Position numbers and translations under genes: made by a program
Assembly (NCBI GenBank): GCA_013239625.1
Contig: MU054212.1
Coordinates: forward strand, 8,310,075 to 8,330,074
Length of the DNA: 20,000 bases
Reading direction: 5' to 3'
Source: Lama guanicoe
Taxonomy: Eukaryota
Notes under the pieces: model-generated
Told to the model about the DNA's origin: nothing
The model's input: only the letters and a program-made list of their open reading frames with translations
Database searches by the model: none
Part shown: positions 9,491-20,000 of the stretch, piece by piece
How the letters are laid out: the number at the start of each line of letters is the position of its first letter
Numbering within the stretch: the stretch's first letter is position 1

Positions 9491-11700
9491 TTTTAACCTG
9501 TAGTAACCATTTTTGTCCTTTATCTAGGTTGTTTTGTTCCCAACAGCAGAAAAATGGTCTCTTAAGCTACCATTTCATGCAGATTGACATACAATTAAAT
9601 TATACTCCCACCTGAAACCTAAAACTTCACTGCCACCAGTGCTCTTCATACAAGGTAGTGAGGAAAAAATACCATATGATATCACACATATGTGAAATCT
9701 TAAAAAAAAAAAAAAAAGGACACAAATGAACTTACTGACAAAACAGAAACAGACTCACAAACATAGAAAACAAACCTATGGTTATTGGGGAGGGAAGGGA
9801 TAATTTGGGAGTTCAAGTTTTGCAAATACTAACTACTGTGTATAAAATAGATAAACAACAAGGTCCTACTGTATAGCATAAGGAACTATATTCAGTATCT
9901 TATAGTAACCTATAAAATTAATATGAAAACAAATGTATGTGTATATATGGCCTATATATGACTGAAACATTACGCTGCACATCAGAAATTGACACAACAT
10001 TGTAAACTGACTATGCTTCAATTAAATAAAAAATAAGGTAGTGAGGAAAAGGGGAAAAGACATAATTAACATAAAATAGCTGCTAAAGTTTTTGCTGTTC
10101 ACGAAGCCTAAGTTGATACTCGTAACAGTCTTCTTCCGTCACCCATTCCATATTGCCCTTACCCTCTGCTAGAGTCTCGGTGACACAGAGTTCTTTATCT
10201 AGTCAGGTCACATAAACCATCTTTACTGGATGATCTGAGTCCTTGGGGGTCTCTTTCAGGTTACTTCAGTGTTCCATTGACAGGGCCTGTTAGGCATGAG
10301 AGAGCTAAGATGTAGCCCCACTGAATCCTCTGAGTTCCAGGCATATTCTTCCTTGTTCCTACTATGTAGCAGCAACCAGTTACCCATTGGTAATTGGTAT
10401 CAGCCATTCTGGTCAGTAGCATGACCCATTCTCTGCCTGTTTCAGCAGCTTGAGGAGCCCAAAATGTTGAAGCAGGAAGCAGTCTTAGCTTCAAATTTAA
10501 CAAAATTATAACTTTTTCCATGGTAGAAGTATTTCTTCTTTGAGAATCAGAACCCCTAACCCACCAAACCCAAGATTATAAGGATAGAAGACAAAATAAT
10601 AGAGGTGAATTATGAGGTATATAGGTAACATTATTACTACTCTACCACCCTTGGCTCCCATATCCATAGTTTAGGGCCCTGAGGAAGACAACACTCGTTA
10701 TAGTCCTCTGGTTTAAGGCATACGTTGCATCCCGTACGACAGCACTCCAGACTTACAGGGCATTTTTACCTAGCTGGTACTGTAAGCTGTCAGTAAGTCA
10801 TTCCAGCATTATCACAGTCCACTTACTTCCGGGTGATGGGACATGTGGTAAGACCTGGGAATTACATGTGTGTGAGCTCCTGGCTATACGTCCTTACCTG
10901 TAGAATGACTTCTTTGGAGATGATTTTGTATAAAATATCATGGTAGTAAATACAGCATTCTCTTAAGGCAATGCAAATTTGTATCTGGACTATGTATTTA
11001 GTCCTTTGAAAGCAGATTGCTGTCCTCTCCATGACAGAAGTAATAAACCTGCTCCTCCCCACCCAGTGGCTGCTTAGTTCCTCTCCAGGAAATGGTACCT
11101 TATTAGGGGCTCAGTGTGGGCTTTAGCGGTTGGCTTCTTGGGCTCTTAGCATATCGGCCTTGATAAGTGGAGGTCCGTGTTGTTGAGCCCATACATAGCC
11201 TCTGTCCCTGCTGCCGTGACCACTTTGTACACGAACCGACTGGGCAAACGTTGGTAAAAAGGCTGATTGACATTCACAATATGGATCACCATGTCCATAT
11301 AACTGAGAGACTTTTCCACAGTGAGGCTTCTCCCTTTAGTGAGGATTCTTATGGGACACAAACGTATTTATGCTTTGCCCCATTCTAGGAGGTCCATCCT
11401 CATACTTTTCCTCCAGAATCCTTATTTCTCATCTTCCAATCTTGTTCTTTCTAGGTGCCTAACTAATCAGATAATCCATTAGTCACTACTCATGAATCAA
11501 TGTAGACATGTATCTTAGGCTCTTGCTGCCTTCCATGGAAAGTAAATAACCAGGTGTAGGCCTGAAATTCTGCCCACTGGGAGGACCTGCCTATACCAGT
11601 TTGTCTGAGGCCACCCCTGTGTAGGGGTGTAAGTGCAAGCTTTTCACTTTCAGCTGGTGCCCACACACCGAGCAGGCCCATCTATAAACCAGTTCTGAAA
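9490..11700 (-). mobile_element. Decayed ERVL internal region: RNase H (~11490-11690), integrase (~10560-11400), dUTPase (~10260-10560)
   Basis: Minus-strand peptides: GRSSQWAEFQA...IHVYIDS (RNase H); QSGHGSRDRGYVWAQQHGPPLIKAD (ERVL integrase N-terminus); LNLKLRL...PVNGTL (dUTPase). dUTPase downstream of integrase is the ERVL order. Many stops and frameshifts. Confidence 0.88.
9668..10034 (+). mobile_element. 5'-truncated artiodactyl/camelid L1 3'UTR inserted in the ERVL
   Basis: acaaatgaactta..acaaaacagaaacagactcaca...ataaacaacaaggtcctactgtatagca...A-rich tail; perfect 16-bp TSD AAGGTAGTGAGGAAAA (9652-67, 10035-50). Confidence 0.9.
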
Positions 11701-11709
11701 CAGCAAATT

Positions 11710-11887
11710 GTTATTATCCATTGAAGGAAAGTGGAGAAATCATTCATGGTCTACGTCACACTCTGGTGGTGGAACATGAATGGGCTACAGCTACACACAT
11801 GAATATGGATGAGTCTTCCGAACAAAAAAAGCAAGTCACAGAGTACATGTGGTATAATCCCATAAATGTATAAAGTTCAGAAACATG
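11710..11887 (+). mobile_element. Old L1M (L1MC/ME-like) 3' fragment
   Basis: acatgaatatggatgagtct..aaaaaagcaagtcacag..tacatg..tataatcccat..tataaagttca. Confidence 0.55.
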
Positions 11888-11888
11888 C

Positions 11889-11972
11889 TGTATTTGTCTG
11901 CTAGGGCTGCCATAAAATATCACAGACTGAGAGTGGCTTAAACAACACAGATTTATTTTCTCATAGTTCTGT
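11889..11972 (-). mobile_element. MLT1 terminal fragment
   Basis: tgtatttgtctgctagggctgccataa..cacagactg..gtggcttaaacaac..atttattttctcatagttctg. Confidence 0.75.
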
Positions 11973-11989
11973 GCATTAATTTTGGTTAT

Positions 11990-12990
11990 CCATGCCTTGC
12001 TTTCTTCTAGAAGTTTTAAGTTTTAGCTGTTATGTTTAGGTTTGTATTACATTTCTAGTTAATTTTTCTGTGTAACATAAAAGTCAGAGTTAATTTTTGT
12101 TATTATGATATCCATTTCTAACACTTTTTATTGAAAAGAGACCATCCTTTTACCATTGAGTTATTTTGGCAACTTTGTTGAAGATGAGTTGTACATACAT
12201 GTTTGGATGTATTTATGGACTCTGTTCTATTCCATTAATGGTACATCTGTCCTTATGCCAATACCTCACTGCCTTGATTACTGTAGCTTTATAGTTAAAG
12301 CTGCAAATCAGGTAGTATAACTTTGCCAGTTTTGTTCTTCTTTTTCAGAATTGTTTAAACTTTTCTGTGCCTTTCTGCATTAAGTTTAGAATAGTTTGTC
12401 AATGTCTATAAAAAGTCCTGATGAGATTTTGATTGGTGTTGCATTGACTCCATAGATCAATTTGGGGAGAATTCCATCATCTTAATGGTAAATCTTCCTA
12501 TCCATAAATGATGGCATATATATCTGTTTATTAGGTCTTTAATTTCATTCAACAATGTTTTATAGTTTTCATTATACAGATATTGCACATTAAAAAATTT
12601 TGTTTTTAAGTATTTGATTTTTTTTGGTGCAATTGAAAAAATGTTTTTAATTTTAGGTTCTAATTGTTCATTGATAGTATATAGAAATACAAGCAGGTTT
12701 TGTGTATCAGTCTAATAAAATCATTTCCAAGTTCTAATAACTTTTTTGAGACACTTTAGGATTTTCTGTATATATGATCTATAAGTAAAGACAGTTTCAC
12801 CTTTTTCTTTCTTACTTGTATGTCCCAGTTATTTTTCATGTCTTATTTCATTGGCTATGAATATTAAATAAAAGTTGTACAGTGCTGAATAATGTGCTAA
12901 TAGAGAGCATCCTTGTTTTGCTCCTTTGTCTTTAGGAGAAAAACATTTAATGTTTAACCATTAAGTATGATGTTAGCTGTTGCTTTTTTC
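11990..12990 (-). mobile_element. Old L1M ORF2 fragment
   Basis: tctagaagtttta...tatgccaatacctcactgccttgattactgtagctttatag...gattttgattggtgttgcattgactccatagatcaatttgggga...ccattaagtatgatgttagctgt. Confidence 0.85.
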
Positions 12991-13217
12991 TTTGCTTCTT
13001 TACTGGAGTAGTTAACTTATATATAATGTAGTTGATGTTTGTATTTAAATGCACTATCTTATTTATTTTTATTTATCTCGTTTTTAATTTTTTTGTTTTT
13101 CTTTTTTCTCCTTTTGTGCCTAATTTTACATTATCAAGTTTTTTCTTTTTCCATTTGTTTCTCTATTAGGTCTTTGTTCATACATCCTTTTATTATTATT
13201 TAATGGTTACTTCATAG

Positions 13218-13408
13218 CAGCCTTTCTCAAGTATGAGTCTGTGAGAGAATTAAGCCCCAATGCTCTAAGGCATCAATTTTAAGTAATGTATTAATCTCTT
13301 TAACATCTATTTTACTAGCTATGTACATCTTTAGGAGAATTGAGAAAATAGTGACTCAGGTTATTTTCTGTTTTAGTTTCTTGTGGAACCCTGGTTGAAA
13401 AAAGGCTG
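13218..13408. mobile_element. hAT-Charlie-type MITE inside AT-rich old L1-like sequence
   Basis: Terminal inverted repeats CAGCCTTTCTCAA / TTGAAAAAAGGCTG about 190 bp apart; no clean TSD. Confidence 0.65.
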
Positions 13409-14468
13409 CCTTGGAAATTATAACATACACATTTGATTTATTACAGTTTATCTTACTTTACTATCTCTAGGATAATACAAAAATCTTGTAATATTTAGTT
13501 TTATTTATTTCCCTCCTCTTGTGCTATTTTTGCCATGTATTTTAATTCTATATATATTGTAAACTCCACAAGACATATTGCTTACATCATTCTGTACATA
13601 TACATTTAGATTTACCCCATCCTTCACTTTTTCCACTTCTCTTTGCCTCTGGCAAAGAGAATAAGCCTCCACTTGGTGGCTTGGGATTTTGGACTTCTGT
13701 CCTTGTAATTAATCTGTGCCATGTTTTCAGCTCTCTACACCATTTGCAGCCTGACAGTGGAGTGCCTTTTGTACTAAACACCACTTAACAATGGGTGATA
13801 GTCAAGAATTCCAGTGGCGCGCCTGTGCTCCCTACTGTTACAGGCCTGGTGTTGTTGAACACAGGAAGAGCCTACTCAAAAATCAACTCAAATGAGGCTT
13901 CTGATTCTATCGCCCTAACCTTTTTCTGGTCTGCACACTTTAGTAAGGAAGTTTGGTCATTGAATATGGCTATTTCCAAAAAGGGATTGTGTTTTCTTGG
14001 CCACTTCCTTCTAATAATTAGGACAAAAGAGGTGGAGGATTACATAGGCCTACTTTGAGAAGTCAGGATTCTTTCCTGACCGTTCGTGGGCATGATGCGT
14101 CTTTCTTTCCCCTAATGGCAGCGTGTGACCAGCCTGGTTGGTAGACACTCACAGTGACAGCCTGGCTGCCACTGCTTCCTTCTCCTCTCCCTCCCTTTCT
14201 CTTCCTTCTTCCCTCCCCCCACTTCTCTTTCATACTGCTTACTTTACAGATGTCAATACATTGTTTATGTATTAGCTCTAATTTAGTCAGACTTTTCTAG
14301 TCGCTGTGATTAGGCTCAGTGTTACCAAATCTCCTGTGACATATACAGAATATATCTGGTAAACCACTTCAGTAGATGGTTATTGTGATCCATAATTTGC
14401 TGATTCTTCCCAGTTTCCCTTCCAGTGTTTTGGAGCACTCTTAGACTGTGACAGCATTTTGTAGATAA

Positions 14469-16499
<2,031 letters not shown>

Positions 16500-16562
16500 A
16501 TGCTATTGATGATTATGAAAAAGGTTTTAGTCAGTGCTCAACTCTTATGCTACATTAAAAAC

Positions 16563-16699
16563 GGGGAGGGTAGAGCTCAGTGGCAGAGTGTGTGCTTAGC
16601 ATGTAGGAGGTCCTGGGTTCAATCCCCAGCACCTCCACTAAAAATAAATAAATAAACCTAGTTAAACCCCCCCAATAAATAAAAAATAAGGAAAAAAAA
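16563..16699 (+). mobile_element. tRNA-derived SINE (camelid Vic-1-like) in the ZNF271 3'UTR
   Basis: ggggagggtagagctcagtggcagag (A box), gggttcaatcc (B box 16615-25), then aaataaataaacctagttaaacccccc and A-rich tail; short AAAAAC flanking repeat. Confidence 0.85.
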
Positions 16700-16847
16700 C
16701 ACACTGGAGAGAAAACATACTAATTCAGATTTTATAATGAAAGTTTAGCTCAAACATTACTAACTTAAAAAAATTCTGAGGAGGAATCCTGTGACTTGTG
16801 GGAAAGCCTTCAATGTGAATTAAAGTTTTTCTGAATGTCAGCAACAA

Positions 16848-16890
16848 TGGAAAGAAATTTCTATCTTCTGGAAAGAAATTTCTGTCTTCT
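16848..16890. repeat. 21-bp tandem duplication (2 copies, 1 mismatch)
   Basis: tggaaagaaatttctatcttc / tggaaagaaatttctgtcttc. Confidence 0.9.
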
Positions 16891-17647
16891 ACATTGTGAG
16901 AAAAGCTCTAGTCTTTTATTCAAACACAGTCCATAAGAGGAAAGCTTTATAAGAAATGTATAACAGTATTAACGCAGAGCCTTATCAGGCATCGTAGAAA
17001 TCACCGTGGTGGTGTGTGCAGTCAGAACTTGGAGGTATATTAATATTCTAATCTCCAACCTACAGTGAACCCAAATCACCTACTGCATATCAGAGAAATT
17101 ACTTTAGAGAATAAACTAAATTTATTAGAGTTAGTTTACAGAAAAACTTAACCCTTTCCATATCTTAATTGGCATTCATTCTGGTAATGGGTGTGCCACT
17201 TACCTCTTTGCAGCTTGAGAGCCCTACCTTATGCTAACACTGCTGGTTATCATTCCTGTGTGTGTGAACATGCTTTGCTTTCCTGGCATTAAACTTATTA
17301 ACTACATAACTCCAGTGCCCCATTTTCTCAAAGATCCTTTTTTTTCGCCTAGTTTTGGTTTTCCTAGTGAGTATGAGTTTTCAGGTTCCTGTGATGTTCA
17401 CAGAAAATGCGAACTTATTTTGCTGTTAATCATGCAGCCCATCTGTAAACTTAAGTGGTTTGAAATTACTCCTTTAACACTACCATTTAATCACAGCTTC
17501 TAAATATGTGAAAAAAATTTTTTAAGAATTCCATATGTTAAAGTGTGAAGATTACTATTATGTTTATCTTGTCATCTATAGATGGAACAAAAACGTTAGC
17601 TAAACTAATACCTGTATGACTAATTTATATAGCATATTCTATCTAAA

Positions 17648-17715
17648 AATAAAAAGACCTATTGATTTTTTTAATAGTAACATTCATTGGGCTTTGTTTT
17701 GTCTGTTGATTTCTG
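17648..17715 (+). terminator. Candidate ZNF271 polyadenylation signal
   Basis: AATAAA 17648-53 followed by T-rich and GT-rich elements (gattttttt, ggctttgttttgtctgttg); unique sequence gives way to repeats soon after. Confidence 0.45.
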
Positions 17716-17859
17716 ACATACATATTGATAATAGGCTACATATATACAAAGTTCTCAACTGAAAATAGAAAAAAAACTTTTAAAGAAAAAATTGCCTTTC
17801 TGGCATTAATCATTTGTTAAAACCCTGCTACTTTCATTTACTTTGAAAAAATCCCCCAT

Positions 17860-18290
17860 AGTTATCCAGTCAATATTTTACTTAATACACATTAAATTAT
17901 GTGCAAGGCATGTTTTTAAGGTTTTGTAGTATACACAAAGAATATACTGTCTCCAAAAAGCATGTATTGTATAGTGATAAAGAGTGATGTATACAGAAAC
18001 ACATGGCTCGATACAATCATAAAGGTAGATAAGATGCTTATAAGAGCTCACAGGAGGTAGGGTTCAAATCGGATTGGAAAGAAAAGAAAAGCTTTGTGGA
18101 GCTCCTGAGATTTGAGTTTTAAAGGATAGGAGTGGAGGCATAAAGACAGGGAGGAAATAGTCAACAAAGGCCCAGACGCAAGAAAATAGAAGAGATGATG
18201 TAGATTATGGACCTTAGTCATTAATTCATTCAATAAATATTCATTGTACTGAGTGCTGCTGAGGGGAAAATGGTTCCTGCCCTCATGCTC
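17860..18290 (-). mobile_element. Diverged L2 fragments
   Basis: cagtcaatattttactt..tatgtgcaaggca...; attcattcaataaatatt..tgagtgct..ggttcctgccctcatg. Confidence 0.55.
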
Positions 18291-18299
18291 AAGTGTTTA

Positions 18300-18428
18300 T
18301 GAAAAAATTGTAGAGATGGTGTTGATCGTTGCACAACAGTGTGAATGTACTTAATGTCACTGAACTGTACATTTAAATGGATGAAATGGTATATTTTGTT
18401 ATGTATATTTTAGCTCAATAAAAAAATT
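18300..18428 (+). mobile_element. L1MB-like 3' end
   Basis: gttgcacaacagtgtgaatgtacttaatgtcactgaactgtacatttaaatgg...ttatgtatatttta..caataaaaaaa. Confidence 0.8.
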
Positions 18429-18429
18429 T

Positions 18430-20000
18430 AAAGAAATATCTCAAATCAATATCCTAAGTCTCCATCTTAAGAAACTAGAAAAAAAAAAAATAAGAGCAAA
18501 CTAAACCGAAAGCAAGTGGAAGGAAGGAAATAACGAAGATCAGAGCAGAATCAAATGAAAAAGAGTATAGAAAAATAATAGAGAAAATGAATGAAACCAA
18601 AATTTGGTTCCTGGAAAAGATCAATAAAATTGACAAACCTTTAGCTAAATAACTAAGGAAAAAAAGAAGACTCAAATTACTAAAATCAGAAGTGAGAATG
18701 GGAATATTATGACTGCTCTTACAGAAACAAAAAGGATTCATAGGGAATAGTATGAACAATTGTATGCCAAAAAATTAGGTAAACCAGAACGGACAAATTC
18801 CTAGAAAGATATGACCAAAAATGATCCAGAAAATATTTAAAAATCTAGATAGATGTGTAGCAAAGAAACTTACTGAATTGGTAACCAAAACATTTCCCAC
18901 AAAGAAAAGACAGGCCTAGATGGCTTCAGTGGTTAATTCTATGAAACTGTAGCTATAAGAATTACCACCACTTCTTCAAAAAATCTTCCAAAAAATAAGA
19001 GGGAATACTTTCCAACTTATTCTGAGGCCAGTATTACCCTGATACCAAAACCAGACAGACATCTAAAGAAAACAGGCTAATAATATCCTTTGCGAATATA
19101 GAAGCAAAAATCCTCAACAAAATACCATCAAACCAAATCCAACAACATATAAAAAGGATCATATACTGTGATTGATTGAGATTATCACAGGAGTACAAGA
19201 TTGGTTTAACATTTTTAAAAAATCAGTCAATCACCATATTAATCAAATAAAGGGCAAAATCCACATAATCACTTCAACAGACTCATAAAAAAGGAGTCTG
19301 ACAAAAACCTAACATCTTCTCATGATAAAACCAAAGCAAAAATATTCACATGTGAAAGAATGGAACTAGAACCCTATCTTACACCACTCATAAAATTAAC
19401 TCAAAATGGATTAAAGACTTAAATGTAAGACCCGAAACCACAAAACCCCTAGAAGAAAATACAGGAAAAAAGCTCCTTGGCATGGGTCTTGGCACTGATT
19501 ATTTTGGATATGGCAGCTAAAGCACAAGCAACAAAATGAAAAATAAATGAGACTGCATCAGACTAAAAAGCTTCTGCACAGCAAAAGAAACAAAGTGAAA
19601 AGACAGCCTACAGAATGGAAGAATATTTGCAAACTATGTATCTGATAAGGGGTTAATATCTAAAATATATAAAGAACTTATATAACTCAATAGCAAAACA
19701 TAAGAAATACTCCAATTTAAACATGGGCAAAGGACCTGAAAAGACATTTTTCCAAAGATACACAGATGGCCCAATGGTACATTAAAAGATGCTCAGTATC
19801 ACTAGTCATTAGGAAAATGCAAATCAGAACCATGAGATATCACCTCATGTCTGTTAAAATGGCTGTTACTAAAAAGACAAGACATAATAAATGCTGGTGA
19901 AGATGTGGAGAAAAGGGAAGGAATCCTTGTGCACTGTTGGTGGGAATGTAAATTGGCTCATCTGCTATGGAAAAGTATGAAGGATCCTCAAAAAATAAAA
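18430..20000 (+). mobile_element. Old L1M ORF2 remnant, non-coding, with an internal jump at ~19335; continues past the window end
   Basis: aagaaactagaaaaa..gagcaaactaaacc...aagatcaataaaattgacaaacctttagc...gaggccagtattaccctgataccaaaaccagac...aactcaaaatggattaaagacttaaatgtaagacc...gcactgttggtgggaatgtaaattgg. Confidence 0.92.

Noticed and set aside
10261..11681. Domesticated retroviral gene
   Set aside because: ERVL pol and dUTPase are broken into short frameshifted pieces with many stops.
16563..16636. Functional tRNA gene
   Set aside because: A and B boxes are present, but it is followed by a SINE-type body and A-rich tail rather than a poly-T terminator.
19320..19350. Discontinuity in L1 ORF2
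   Set aside because: Ordinary internal deletion or adjacent second L1 fragment; common in old elements.

Overview
Mammalian genomic DNA, most likely a camelid, judging by a young tRNA-derived SINE resembling Vic-1 and artiodactyl-type L1 3' ends. The window holds one apparently intact + strand C2H2 zinc-finger gene that I recognise as ZNF271 (mouse Zfp35; a pseudogene, ZNF271P, in human). Its CDS joins 7236..7284 to 14545..16499 and gives about 667 aa with 20 fingers, of which finger 19 is broken; no intact KRAB or SCAN domain is present. Two CpG-island promoters (~4190-4990 and ~6220-6720) lie upstream, separated by a probable solo ERV LTR. Each has a minus-strand splice donor consistent with a head-to-head neighbour (ZSCAN30 by recalled synteny). 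The rest is mostly old interspersed repeats (MIR, L2, MER5A, MER81, MLT1, MER74-like LTR, a decayed ERVL with RNaseH-integrase-dUTPase remnants, L1). I found no convincing novel biological system. The most interesting signals are evolutionary: a possible fossil SCAN exon and linker exon now in the promoter/5'UTR, an 8-finger (672-nt) internal duplication, GC-biased decay of the last fingers, a possible 2-nt C-terminal frameshift, and dead fingers in the 3'UTR with a SINE inserted in one. Repeat family names and orthologue comparisons are from memory and need confirming by search.
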